DNA of 61,259 bases from the IMG/VR virus record IMGVR_UViG_3300042292_000556, positions 1 to 61,259 of that record. One strand, given 5' to 3'. The position numbers and the translations under genes are program-made. The DNA is from a virus (lineage: Duplodnaviria; Caudoviricetes). Below the pieces are notes generated by a model. It was not told where the DNA came from. It searched no databases and saw only the letters and a program-made list of their open reading frames with translations. This document shows positions 27,089-37,864 of the stretch, one piece after another. Position 1 is the first letter of the stretch, and the number at the start of each line of letters is the position of its first letter.

Positions 27089-28051
27089 TTATTTTATTTT
27101 TTTAAATTCTACATCCAATAAAGAGTAATTAACTCTATCAAAACCATCTGTACCGGTAATTACAGCCTCTTTTGGTACTTCGTCAGACATTACCCCTTGA
27201 TAAACTCCCTCGCCAAATTTTTTGTCTTTATATTCAAAGTTATATATATTAAATCCTTTTTCAGATTTTCCAACATTAATAATGTTCTCTTTTAATCTTC
27301 TATCTGAAGCTGTCGGAGGCATTCCTGCTTTCGCTGTTACAAAATTACCTAAAGCTCCACTTATTCCACTAATCATACCTGTTAATGCTCCGGTTCTATC
27401 AGCTTGTGCCTGCATTTGTCTAGCCTGTGCTCCCTGCAATTGCCCAGCAACTCTATCTATTTTTTGTTGTTCTCTATTTTCTCTAGCGCTAAACATGAAT
27501 GATTTACCAGCCGCTTCCGCCGCTTGCACGCGTTGTGCTTCGCTAAGTTGGACATTTTGGATTCTTTCTTTTTCTTGCATTTTAGCTTCTTGCAATTGAG
27601 CTTCTCCTTGTGCTTTTAATTTTTCATTATTAGCCTCTTGAGATTCAAGATTAGCAGATATACCTTGTTTTGCTTTTAATGCCGCTGTAGCTAAAGCGGT
27701 TGCTCCACCTGCACTTGCCCCTGTTTCCATTAATGTATCTAATGTATTTGCTAATGAAATATCAATTTGTTCTGCTTCAAATTTAGTAGCATTTGTAGCA
27801 ACACCTAAATTTGCGTAAGGATTACTTAACATGCCAGATAAATCTTTTGCAATACTGCTCATGTCTTTTGTAGTTTCATAAGGATTAATAATAGCTTGTC
27901 TACTATTTTCTAAACTTATAAGTTCTGCTCCTAGTCTAGCTTTTTCAGCAGCAGCTGCTCTTTCTCTTTTTTTAGCCTGCCCACCACCAATTAGTCCTCC
28001 TATAATGGACGTACCAACGCTACCAAGCATTCCTGCGACAACCATACTCAT
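27089..28051 (-). CDS. Putative pilot/ejection protein with C-terminal peptidase-S74-like autocleavage domain
   Basis: Gly-rich hydrophobic ends, Ala/Gln coiled coil, SDRRLKENI...IYNFEY...GVMSDEV...VNY. Confidence 0.7.
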   Translation of the reverse strand: MSMVVAGMLGSVGTSIIGGLIGGGQAKKRERAAAAEKARLGAELISLENSRQAIINPYETTKDMSSIAKDLSGMLSNPYANLGVATNATKFEAEQIDISLANTLDTLMETGASAGGATALATAALKAKQGISANLESQEANNEKLKAQGEAQLQEAKMQEKERIQNVQLSEAQRVQAAEAAGKSFMFSARENREQQKIDRVAGQLQGAQARQMQAQADRTGALTGMISGISGALGNFVTAKAGMPPTASDRRLKENIINVGKSEKGFNIYNFEYKDKKFGEGVYQGVMSDEVPKEAVITGTDGFDRVNYSLLDVEFKKIK

Positions 28052-28054
28052 ATA

Positions 28055-28528
28055 TTATTCTTTTAATAGTTTATATTCATCATATTGTTTATATGACACA
28101 CAAGCTAATCTATCTTCTAATTCATCTATATCCGTAATATTATCAGGATTAGGGTGAACATTAACAAAGATAGAATCTTCTAATGCACGTATAATTCTTT
28201 TTGTTCCTTCAGGAGCATTCACATAACAAGGGGCTACATAATTTGCAACACCCTCATCTGTAGATATTAATAATTCTCCTTTTAATAGAAACCATGTATG
28301 CGAAAATTTATGTAGTTTTCCAATCACTACACTGTCTTTTTGCATAAACATTTCTCTTATATATACTCCATGTGAAAATGAATGTTTCAACGGAAATAAA
28401 TCTGTATTACCTTTTGCAATATTAGGGCCGTTCATAGCTAGCATAGTTTGTTCTAGGCGTTCCACTTTATCAATGTATTCCTGACTAACTATTCTATGCT
28501 CTTTTTGTGTTTCTAATTTGTTATCCAT
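28055..28528 (-). CDS. Cupin-fold protein
   Basis: HSFSHGVYIRE...GKLHKFSH...LLKG...GTKR pattern. Confidence 0.7.
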   Translation of the reverse strand: MDNKLETQKEHRIVSQEYIDKVERLEQTMLAMNGPNIAKGNTDLFPLKHSFSHGVYIREMFMQKDSVVIGKLHKFSHTWFLLKGELLISTDEGVANYVAPCYVNAPEGTKRIIRALEDSIFVNVHPNPDNITDIDELEDRLACVSYKQYDEYKLLKE

Positions 28529-28539
28529 TATATTTAATT

Positions 28540-30072
28540 TTAGTAAGATGAGTCTATATAATCAGAAGATACAGCAAATAATTCTGCACTTTTGTTTAAA
28601 CTTGCATTATTGTAATTCATTCTAACTGTTGCTGTTGTTCCTTTAACACCTGTCATTGAGTTACCCCATACGATTTCACTATTTGCTGCTGGTGTAATAT
28701 TAACAAGATTTGCAAAGTATTTATCTTCTTTTCGTTTAAATGAATTAGTAAATAATTGCAATTCTAAATCAGCAAGAGTTGTTGTATAAAATGCTTTAGA
28801 TATAGGAACCGAAACATCAGAGTCAGTATAAAATGATAAAGTTTCCCAACCAGGACCTCCTTCATAATTAATTGTTTTAAAAGTTTTAACTAATGAAACG
28901 TCTGGGTTAAATATAACCTCAACCGCTGAATTATAAGTGATTCCATAAAAACTACCCCACCCGCTATTAGTTGGCGAATAATGTTTCCAAATTTCACCGT
29001 TTTTAAATGTATAAAAGTTATTTCTTAAACTTCCACCCCAATTTGGTTTAAAGTCAAAGAAACTTGTCCAACCTGCTACATCTTCATCAAAGGTCAATGT
29101 TTTGTGTTGGGATTGATTAGTTGGTTGAAGGGATAAAACATATTCTTTATTGTGCATGTCCCACATACCTAATATGAATCCATCATTACCAATTACAGAA
29201 AGATTATCTCTAAAGAAATCTCCCATACCATATTCCGATATTTCAGATATACCATCTTGTGATAATCTTAATACCACATTTCTATTTCTATCAACAAAGT
29301 ACTTACGGAAGCCATAAACAGCAAAACTTTCAGGGTTAGTACCAATACCATAGTTACCAGCATAAGCTTGAACCTGGCCGATTACCATAGCTCCAGATGT
29401 TGTTATTGGTTGTCCTTCAGCAGAATAAATAGCGTCTTTGTCGATTAAAGCTTGACTAACTTTAAATTCTTGGAATACAATTAAATTTGTATCTTCTGAA
29501 TATAGTTTTTGAATAGAGCCATTAGCTGGATCTAAACTTCTTGTTATGTCTTCACCAACAGAAAATTGATTTGTTTGATTTATACCTGTTCTTGAATTAA
29601 ATATACCCGAGTATATTAATGAATTTTGTCTATGCTGTTGCCTGATACTATCCTCAACAATATAAGCTTTAACTCCTAAATCAACATTGGTATTATTATA
29701 TCCACCCCTAATTCTAGCTTCTTCAACAGACCAATCTGATGCTGGAGTTGGCGCATAAGCGCTAGGTATATAGGTAAAATCAGTTAATGGACCAAAAGTT
29801 AACCCCACTCCATCTAATATAGTTACAGGCTCCGTTAGCATAAATTGAGTAGAACTTAGTACTTTATATACAAAAGGATTAGGGGTAGGAGCCCCGGTCC
29901 AATTAACAGTTTGACCAACACTAATTTTATTATTTGCTGATGTTATAGTTATAGTAGCCGAATTAGAAACATTTCCTTCCACTTCTGCTCCTGTATTTTC
30001 TACTCCTACTATTGTATCTAACTTCTTTAACCAAAAAGAGTTAAAGTATTTTAATTCTAATATTGCTGCCAT
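28540..30072 (-). CDS. Tail stabilisation/muzzle-like protein, C-terminal part
   Basis: YSG.FNS.TG.N.TNQFS, GSIQKL, YGIG.NPESF and GWTSF motifs of crAss-like tail proteins. Confidence 0.7.
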   Translation of the reverse strand: MAAILELKYFNSFWLKKLDTIVGVENTGAEVEGNVSNSATITITSANNKISVGQTVNWTGAPTPNPFVYKVLSSTQFMLTEPVTILDGVGLTFGPLTDFTYIPSAYAPTPASDWSVEEARIRGGYNNTNVDLGVKAYIVEDSIRQQHRQNSLIYSGIFNSRTGINQTNQFSVGEDITRSLDPANGSIQKLYSEDTNLIVFQEFKVSQALIDKDAIYSAEGQPITTSGAMVIGQVQAYAGNYGIGTNPESFAVYGFRKYFVDRNRNVVLRLSQDGISEISEYGMGDFFRDNLSVIGNDGFILGMWDMHNKEYVLSLQPTNQSQHKTLTFDEDVAGWTSFFDFKPNWGGSLRNNFYTFKNGEIWKHYSPTNSGWGSFYGITYNSAVEVIFNPDVSLVKTFKTINYEGGPGWETLSFYTDSDVSVPISKAFYTTTLADLELQLFTNSFKRKEDKYFANLVNITPAANSEIVWGNSMTGVKGTTATVRMNYNNASLNKSAELFAVSSDYIDSSY

Positions 30073-30124
30073 ACTTTATAATCACGTTTTTTTATGGTTT
30101 TTAATTTAATTATAGTATTATATA

Positions 30125-33100
30125 CTATGGTGTTGGATTAGGTGTTTCAGTATATAATACATTATAACTGTAATTTTTAATGGCTATAGGCTCTGTATTA
30201 GCGGTATTTTGTCCTTCCCATGCCGTTTGTACATTTGGTTTTGGAACAATTTGTTCCATTACTTCCCCTCTTGCATTAATTCGCGCGCAATAAAAAGGAT
30301 ATTCGGTATATTTTAATGCGCCACCAGGGAATGCATTGCCCTGCGGATTATAGTTCTTAACTGTTATAAAATTATAAAATTTATCTGCTACAGGTGGAAT
30401 CCACGGCTCTGTAAAATCAGAATCTGTATAAAATCTTCTTATTTCAGTACCTTCTTCAGTATTAGCATATAATTTACCTGCAGTAGGCGAACCGGCTGAT
30501 TGTAGTGTTAGAATTCTACCGACTAAATTTCTTGTTCCACTACTCCAAGGAACGGTTAATTGTATTGTTATTTCAGCTGGATTTAATGGATCAACATAAA
30601 CTACCTTACCAATAATACCAGGGGTGCCAGGTACAGAAATAAATGCAGTAAGACCAAGTGTGGCTTGCTCATTAACGTTAGCCAATATTACTTCAACTGT
30701 AGGTTGATTATCCGCAATACTTCCGAAAGTTATTGCATTATTACCGCTAAAATAACCAAGCCCTCTGGTTGCATCTTGTGTTGCATAAGGGACACCAGAA
30801 GTATAACCTGGAATCATAGGATCCGGTGAAATTTCTTCTAATCCTGTAAAATATTCATACTCATTTATTTGAGCAGGTTCAAATGGTATTGTTGTTGTTG
30901 GATAAGAAAAATTTGCATCATTACCATAAATAGTAACAACTTGTGCGTTTTCACCGCTACCCGTAATGGAAGTGCCTATTAGCGTAACAACTACAGCCCA
31001 TTCATAACTTTCGTTATTAGCTGGGTTGTCAGTTGATTCAATAGTAAAAGATGTTGTAAGTGATTTGGTATTACCAAGCACAAACGTTCCATCAAAAGCA
31101 GATGTAAGCACACTTAACGGCCCTATTTTATAAGGAGGAATTCCTAAAATTTGGCTAGGCTTACCAAAATTATTTTCATTTGTAACCAATTCCCATTGCA
31201 AAGGATTTGTTGGTTGATATAATCTTTTATATAAATATATTGAAGCTTCTCCTATTGAAGTAGCAGAGGTAGTAGTTGGATCATCTGGGCCAGCGGGACA
31301 TATTCCAATTGGGTTAACAGTTAAATTTACAGAAAATCTGTATTCTCCTTGTGTTAATCCGGTTGGCCCAACAATTTGCACAGGAGAATAACTTAACCCA
31401 TTTTTGACTTCTACATTCTCAATAACCGGAGTATTTAAGTTGTTAAGTAGTGGTGAAAAGTAAGCACTTGTTGGATTTAGTTTTTTACCTATATAAGCCA
31501 CTCCTTGCCAAACTCCAGAACTTCCCCCTCCGGATGGAGTACAACCACCAGTACCTATAATGCTAGCACTTGTGTAATCAGGTCTTAACCAAATAGGCAC
31601 AGGGGCATCACCTACATTTATGTTTAATAGCATTTCATCTTTTTGCGTTCCAAATGTAGTATTAATAGGCTCTAGCACTGTACCATCAGATGTATTAACC
31701 GCATCTTGTACTCTAATAAGCAAGTTATATGTACCTAAAGGCACTGAGGGGTTAGTCATTTGTAAAACACCTGATAATGGATTTATTTCAAAATAGTTAC
31801 CTGCATTACCGCTAACTATACTCCAATACAAATCAGAATTTGATAAAGAAAATGAACCATTGTTAGCTTCTAAATCTACAACAACTCCTGGAGTTTGGGT
31901 TATACTGTAATTATCCTCAACAGTAGTTATAATAGGAAGATTATTACCTAGTCTACCACTAATAGTTAATGTTGATGGCTGTGGGGATTCAGCCGAAGTG
32001 TCAGTTACATTAAATGTAAAAATATATGATTCTTTTTCTAAAGCAGTGTGATTAAATACAAAAGGAGACCCTATTGGAGGCGGTTTTATTTTTAATCTAA
32101 ATCGCGTAGGATTTCCGCCAGATGGAGGAATAGTCACTAATTGAAAATCACTAGTTCTATTTACTGCTGGCGATTCTCCATTAACTACAGAAACCAAATC
32201 AACTGTTGGAAATTGAATAGGAGTACCTGTTTGGTTCACTACAAAAAATGCATCAGTTATAAACGGCGAATTAGCTTGCCCTGTACCTGACCCAGATCCA
32301 TTAGGATTTTGCCATTCAAAATGGGAGTAATTAACATTGTCAAAACCGGCTGGGCCGTCAAATCCTGTTAAAACATCTGTATTCAAATCAGATATTAAAC
32401 CCGTAGTTGCTGTTTCCCAAAATAATTCTAATAAACTTTCGTCTGCTCTAGTTTCATATACACTTAAGAAAGGTATCATATCCTTCGCTGTTACTCCAAT
32501 CTGATTAACGGTAGAAACCCTACCTATTAATGGTCTTGTTTGTAATTGATAAAAGTTTAATCCAGCTGTACCACTTAAATTATTTTCTGAACTATCTAAA
32601 AAATTAAATTCATCTGCAGTAGCTATAGATATTACTGTATCAGCTTTTCTAGTTGGAAAATATTGCTTATTTTCTGCTCTTGTTATTGTAAATGTTACAT
32701 ATTGAATAGGCTCTGTAGTACCACCTACTACCCAGTTTGGCGAAGATATTGTTATAGTTCCAGCATTACCAACAACTACATTAGATGTAACCACAGTATC
32801 ACCTAACCATCTATATGGATTTGGTTGTGTACCACCCAAAGGAGGAGTATTTGGAATAGGAGTACTGGCTTCAACACATTGTATTCCATCTCCTGGTTTT
32901 ATTAAAGCCCAATCATTGTTTTTTTCTCCCGGCCCAGGAGGCACAATTGTATATTTTATTGTAACAGTTTTAGATGTAAACTCTGGAACATCACCTATTA
33001 TAGTTATGTTGTCTTCAGTATTTTCAACTCTACCGTATAATTGTACACTACTTCTATATTGCTTTTGATCAGGACCTACCTCAGATAAATCTCTAGGTAC

Positions 33101-35632
33101 TTTATTAATATTATCATTAATTAATACCATGTGTGCTGTATTACCCGTTTCGCTTACTGGAAATTGTGTGGTGTTTATACCGTTATTTAAAACACTAGTT
33201 TGTCCTTCAGGGGCTCTAAAAACAGTTATAGACTGTAAGGTTCCGGAAGTGGCAGGTGTGTTTGATATTGTAAAACTATTTGCATTGATAATCGTTGCTA
33301 TAGTTGTAGTTACTGTAGGTATAATACCACTAACAAAATCACCTACTTTATAATTAGTAGTGCTACCTGATATTGTAATAGTAGAATTACCAGCAGCCCA
33401 AGTAGCGCTTGTAGCATTAGAGAAAGCAGCAGTAGGATCAGTATATGTAACTTGAGATCCAGAAGTTTGATTCTTTGGATAACCGTTAAGCATTCCAGGA
33501 AGATATACATTATAATAGTCTTGCTCTTGTTGTTTAACAACTATTTTATAAGAGTACCAACCAATAGGATTGTATTTATAAGAAAATTTAATATCTGGAA
33601 CATCAAAACCTTGATCAACATAATTATATATATCATTTATATCATCGGAGGTTGTAATTGTAACACTAACGATGGGAGATGTATCGTCCCCAGGTATTTG
33701 ATATATTGGTTCTGAAGTTAATACTGTTACATAATCAACGTATTTTCCTCTTAATATATTACCTACTTCAGGAATAAATTGAGAAGTTAATACGGATAGA
33801 TCCATTGTAAATGTGTATTCTTTTGGAGCATCCTCCGTAAAAGCAGTTATTGCAAAACCAAAATTAGAAGTAGGAATTGCGTATAAGCCACATTGACCAG
33901 TAGGTATATCTTTTTGTTGATTTATAGGGCTATTTAAGTATAATATTAAAGCATCACCAAACCAAGTACGGACATCATCAAATAAAACTGAATTTTCGTA
34001 ACTTGAATAAACCGTTGATCCTTTTGCATAGCCTGCAAGACCAAGATCTAAACCAGGCAAATCACCAGAAGATAATATAACAGGAGATTGTCTACCAAAC
34101 TTATCTGCTATTACAAATCCCACCTGATAATTTCTATTCTTTTTTAATGTATGATTTGGATATTCTATAAAACTAGTACCGGAATCTGACTTAGGCTGTA
34201 CTGCTATATTATAATTTATAGAAGCTAATGATGTATACTTATCATAGTAGTTACCGTAAATTATTCTATTACCAGCGGATTCTTGAGCTCTCGCTCTTAC
34301 AGGAACTTTATCATACACCCTTACGGTTTGATCTTCTGGTAATGTTTTGTATGGTTTTTGTGATTGATATTGTTGTATATAATAATTATTATTAGCGTTA
34401 GCTGTTGTATTTATAAAAGATAAAGGCACTGTTTCGAAAACTTTAATAGCTGCCGAATCAGACTCTTTATATAAAATATCAATCTCAGTTATTTTATAAC
34501 TATTAGCAAGATTACCAATTTTATCAGGAAACGGTATAATTAATTCGATGTTATTAATATTGTTTTCAAACCAATTTATTATTGTACTCCTATACGCATC
34601 CGTTTCGTTTCCATTAATAAAATATCCCTTCTGCTTAGGTATATAAGCTATTTGTGTAAATGGGGCCATTAAAGAATACTCATTGTCATCGTATTTAAAA
34701 CGATAACTAAATCTAACATATCTACTTTCCAAAAATGCAGGATCACCCGGCCATGATGGGACTTGAGATTTATCGGACATTGTGGAAATTAAAAACGTTA
34801 GCTCTGTACCGTCTGCAATAGTTCCAGGATAATTTTTATAAAAAGTAACGACATTTCCAGTAACATCAACAACCGTACAAAAATCTGCTCCAGTTATATT
34901 TTCTGTTACTAATGTCATGCCAGGTACAATACCTGCTGCATCTACAACATCTAATGTATTACCTGATGAACTACCGTCAGCTGTAGTAACTACTTTTTTA
35001 TATAATGTTATAGGTTCTATTGGAGCATATTTAGCTACAGATATTTGGTGTTCTGTAGTATAATAATTTGGATTACTTAGCGCATTGGCTACATTTATTT
35101 TTCTAGGTTGATTTCTATTGTCAGTCCAGAATAATAAGCCTTCTACTAAATTTACCCCTGTTATTTTAAATTGTTTATTTTTTGCAAAGTTTAAAAATAA
35201 CCCTTCCACCAATGTTACATAAGGCGAACCATTACCGTCAAATGTATACATTACTATTTTCATTTTCCATTCAGTATTACGAATTGTAACAGGTGCATCT
35301 TCTGGAAAAGTTATTTGATTTGGGTTTGGATCTGTATAATTCGTTAAAAATTGAAACATACGGTTGTTTTGATTATCCATAAATATACCAATACATTCTA
35401 ACCCCGGTATATAATTTGGATTAGGTGTTTCAGTACCCGGTATATCAAAACCGTTATACGTTTCTTGTAATAATTCATTACCTAAAACATTTTTTAATGC
35501 TCCAATATCATCAGTTTCTGATTTACCAACTGAAATATTATTTGCATATCTATATTCTCCATTAGGGATAAGTCTATCATCTAAGTCTTGATTCATCTTA
35601 GATTTTAAGAAACTATTTTTTACTTCTGCCAT
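30125..35632 (-). CDS. Large tail stabilisation/muzzle-like protein with inserted beta and cadherin-like domains
   Basis: KMNQDLDDRLIP.GEYR.A.N, LLFWTD.RNQPRKIN, RFSYRFKY.D.EYS, GNRIIYGNY, NRNYQVG.V..DKFGR. Confidence 0.75.
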   Translation of the reverse strand: MAEVKNSFLKSKMNQDLDDRLIPNGEYRYANNISVGKSETDDIGALKNVLGNELLQETYNGFDIPGTETPNPNYIPGLECIGIFMDNQNNRMFQFLTNYTDPNPNQITFPEDAPVTIRNTEWKMKIVMYTFDGNGSPYVTLVEGLFLNFAKNKQFKITGVNLVEGLLFWTDNRNQPRKINVANALSNPNYYTTEHQISVAKYAPIEPITLYKKVVTTADGSSSGNTLDVVDAAGIVPGMTLVTENITGADFCTVVDVTGNVVTFYKNYPGTIADGTELTFLISTMSDKSQVPSWPGDPAFLESRYVRFSYRFKYDDNEYSLMAPFTQIAYIPKQKGYFINGNETDAYRSTIINWFENNINNIELIIPFPDKIGNLANSYKITEIDILYKESDSAAIKVFETVPLSFINTTANANNNYYIQQYQSQKPYKTLPEDQTVRVYDKVPVRARAQESAGNRIIYGNYYDKYTSLASINYNIAVQPKSDSGTSFIEYPNHTLKKNRNYQVGFVIADKFGRQSPVILSSGDLPGLDLGLAGYAKGSTVYSSYENSVLFDDVRTWFGDALILYLNSPINQQKDIPTGQCGLYAIPTSNFGFAITAFTEDAPKEYTFTMDLSVLTSQFIPEVGNILRGKYVDYVTVLTSEPIYQIPGDDTSPIVSVTITTSDDINDIYNYVDQGFDVPDIKFSYKYNPIGWYSYKIVVKQQEQDYYNVYLPGMLNGYPKNQTSGSQVTYTDPTAAFSNATSATWAAGNSTITISGSTTNYKVGDFVSGIIPTVTTTIATIINANSFTISNTPATSGTLQSITVFRAPEGQTSVLNNGINTTQFPVSETGNTAHMVLINDNINKVPRDLSEVGPDQKQYRSSVQLYGRVENTEDNITIIGDVPEFTSKTVTIKYTIVPPGPGEKNNDWALIKPGDGIQCVEASTPIPNTPPLGGTQPNPYRWLGDTVVTSNVVVGNAGTITISSPNWVVGGTTEPIQYVTFTITRAENKQYFPTRKADTVISIATADEFNFLDSSENNLSGTAGLNFYQLQTRPLIGRVSTVNQIGVTAKDMIPFLSVYETRADESLLELFWETATTGLISDLNTDVLTGFDGPAGFDNVNYSHFEWQNPNGSGSGTGQANSPFITDAFFVVNQTGTPIQFPTVDLVSVVNGESPAVNRTSDFQLVTIPPSGGNPTRFRLKIKPPPIGSPFVFNHTALEKESYIFTFNVTDTSAESPQPSTLTISGRLGNNLPIITTVEDNYSITQTPGVVVDLEANNGSFSLSNSDLYWSIVSGNAGNYFEINPLSGVLQMTNPSVPLGTYNLLIRVQDAVNTSDGTVLEPINTTFGTQKDEMLLNINVGDAPVPIWLRPDYTSASIIGTGGCTPSGGGSSGVWQGVAYIGKKLNPTSAYFSPLLNNLNTPVIENVEVKNGLSYSPVQIVGPTGLTQGEYRFSVNLTVNPIGICPAGPDDPTTTSATSIGEASIYLYKRLYQPTNPLQWELVTNENNFGKPSQILGIPPYKIGPLSVLTSAFDGTFVLGNTKSLTTSFTIESTDNPANNESYEWAVVVTLIGTSITGSGENAQVVTIYGNDANFSYPTTTIPFEPAQINEYEYFTGLEEISPDPMIPGYTSGVPYATQDATRGLGYFSGNNAITFGSIADNQPTVEVILANVNEQATLGLTAFISVPGTPGIIGKVVYVDPLNPAEITIQLTVPWSSGTRNLVGRILTLQSAGSPTAGKLYANTEEGTEIRRFYTDSDFTEPWIPPVADKFYNFITVKNYNPQGNAFPGGALKYTEYPFYCARINARGEVMEQIVPKPNVQTAWEGQNTANTEPIAIKNYSYNVLYTETPNPTP

Positions 35633-35638
35633 TTAATT

Positions 35639-36865
35639 TTAGTGTTTAATCCATTTTGATTTTCCTCTCATAACCTGCGTAAATTCTTCTAACTTAATAT
35701 TAGATAATCTAATTTTAGCATTTCTTAATTTAGCACTCCTTTCTCTTTTAAGTCGTTGCACTAAATATTCAGGTTGATTAGCTCTAGTAGATATTATTGA
35801 ATGTAATATATGTGCATACATTGCTTCTTCTGCCATCTTAGGTATCTTACTATCTAATTCATAAGCTAATCCATCAGATATATATTCAAGTACAATTAAC
35901 ATGTCAATTAAATTACTTGAGAATGATATTTTACCTTCTCTGTCATTTATTGTAAATGTACCGTTGTAGTTGGCATATTGTGGGTCCGTACCGTATCTTC
36001 TACCGTAATATCCATAATCATAACCATTGTTCCATCCATCACCATAACCATCTCCTCCAAAATTACCAACTCCGTTTATTAAATTAATTAGTCTACCATT
36101 ATTTACACTCTTCCATCTTTCTTCAGTTATTGAAGTTCCATCAATGTTCTCATCATAACTACTTTGTATTGGTTGCCCATTATTACTTTGTATTGGTGTA
36201 CTTGACGGATCAATAGTTAACGATGTAGGATAAATAGGATGTTTTACACCTTGTTTATCAATCCAAGATATTTTTACATAGTTAACATAGTCTTGTGGTA
36301 ATATAACACTTAAGTTATGCGGTACGGTTAATTCTTGTGATTTTACACTTTTTAATACATCATAACTAAATTCTTGTAAACCTCGTTTAGCATGGAATAA
36401 TACATCAGTTCTTTTAACATCTGATATAAGCTTGCCAGGACCAACGTAAGCCACAATAAAATTATTTATGACATCATCTAAGGTAATATAAGAATAACCT
36501 CCATAATTGTTCTCTACAGTGTTCCCGTAAGCGTCACGGTCCCCATAATCACCTCCATCAATTGCTTTAAGCTGTACAACAACATAACTATATTGAGGAA
36601 CGGCTGTTGCAAATGTTATCGTATTTTTTAATAAACTATATTCTGATATGTATTCTGTAAAATCTATACCGTCTACACTAGTGTATAATTTAAAGTTATT
36701 TAAGGCATAACCAGATTCATTTGGATTCCAACTGCCTAAATATAATTCAGTGTCAAAAGTAAATGTAAATTCCGTTTGACCTAGTACTTTTACCTGAAAG
36801 CCTTGCGATCCGGCATAATATTGTCTATTTGTTTCGGTAATTAAACCACCATCTGGAAATGCCAT
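35639..36865 (-). CDS. Tail ring/tubular (connector) protein
   Basis: LPQDYVNYVK and LEYISDG motifs; located between capsid and muzzle genes. Confidence 0.6.
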   Translation of the reverse strand: MAFPDGGLITETNRQYYAGSQGFQVKVLGQTEFTFTFDTELYLGSWNPNESGYALNNFKLYTSVDGIDFTEYISEYSLLKNTITFATAVPQYSYVVVQLKAIDGGDYGDRDAYGNTVENNYGGYSYITLDDVINNFIVAYVGPGKLISDVKRTDVLFHAKRGLQEFSYDVLKSVKSQELTVPHNLSVILPQDYVNYVKISWIDKQGVKHPIYPTSLTIDPSSTPIQSNNGQPIQSSYDENIDGTSITEERWKSVNNGRLINLINGVGNFGGDGYGDGWNNGYDYGYYGRRYGTDPQYANYNGTFTINDREGKISFSSNLIDMLIVLEYISDGLAYELDSKIPKMAEEAMYAHILHSIISTRANQPEYLVQRLKRERSAKLRNAKIRLSNIKLEEFTQVMRGKSKWIKH

Positions 36866-36871
36866 GTGCTA

Positions 36872-37795
36872 TTAAGATTTTGAATTTATTTGTTCTGCTT
36901 GAATTTGTGATGCGGCAATCTGAATTAATTGTGGGTCTTTTATTACAACACCTGAATATAAAAGTATTCTTGTTATAACATTTGTTTGTTCTGAAACCAT
37001 TAATTCAAATTGTTGTGAAGTGTTTGGACTATACGAGTATGTATAAGATGGAGCAGTTGCTGTAAAGTTCCATATAACATCTTTAGGTTTTCTAACAAAA
37101 GAAGCAGAAATACCTGTAGTTATTGTATTTGGATATACGTATAATCTTCCTTCTTCGTATATATATAGTGGATATTTTTTTGTCGGTTTTGTTAAAGGTG
37201 ATTTATTTATATATAATAGATTGTTTCGTTGCACTCTCTGCATCTCAATTGTGTCATCATATATTACAGTACCTAATCTGTAAAAGTCGTTATCAGTAAC
37301 CGTAATAAGCACGTCAAATGCTGATGTAGGTATTGCTGTTAATATTATATTATTGTCTGCTATAGTATATGCTGATGGATTTTGTAAAACTCCACCAAAA
37401 TAAACTTTTACTAAGCCATTTTGTATTCTTGCTTGGGTTAATTGATTACCCAAAATATATGTTGTTTGATTATTGACTGTTGTAAAGCTATAAGAATATA
37501 TAGCCATACCTGATGACGTCGGTAATTCCCATTCACTATTACCTACATAAGTACAATCACCTATAGTTTTAAATACAGCTAATTGCTCATCTAAATTTTT
37601 AATCCTATCAGCATATTCGCTATCATTATCAGGTACTCTTAATTGTTGATTAAGATTATCAAAATAATCCTCGAATATTTCAAGTTGAACTTGAGTTGCT
37701 ATTTTATTAAACTCGTCAGGAGTCATGTAACCACGTTGTTCCTTATTAAGTATTAATAAAACGGTTTTGTAAACTGTATCTACATTTATTGCCAT
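36872..37795 (-). CDS. Tail ring/tubular (adaptor) protein
   Basis: LNKEQRGYMTPDEFN..A..VQ, FYRLG and RKP..V.W motifs. Confidence 0.6.
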   Translation of the reverse strand: MAINVDTVYKTVLLILNKEQRGYMTPDEFNKIATQVQLEIFEDYFDNLNQQLRVPDNDSEYADRIKNLDEQLAVFKTIGDCTYVGNSEWELPTSSGMAIYSYSFTTVNNQTTYILGNQLTQARIQNGLVKVYFGGVLQNPSAYTIADNNIILTAIPTSAFDVLITVTDNDFYRLGTVIYDDTIEMQRVQRNNLLYINKSPLTKPTKKYPLYIYEEGRLYVYPNTITTGISASFVRKPKDVIWNFTATAPSYTYSYSPNTSQQFELMVSEQTNVITRILLYSGVVIKDPQLIQIAASQIQAEQINSKS

Positions 37796-37819
37796 TTTGC
37801 TTATTTTATTATAATATAT

Positions 37820-37845
37820 GAGCGGTAACCGCTAAGCCACCGCTC
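37820..37845 (-). other. GC-rich hairpin in the leader of the ring-protein gene
   Basis: GAGCGGT...ACCGCTC inverted repeat between ACGTAAT (37857-37863, - strand) and the start at 37795. Confidence 0.55.
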
Positions 37846-37864
37846 TATATATTAATATTACGTG

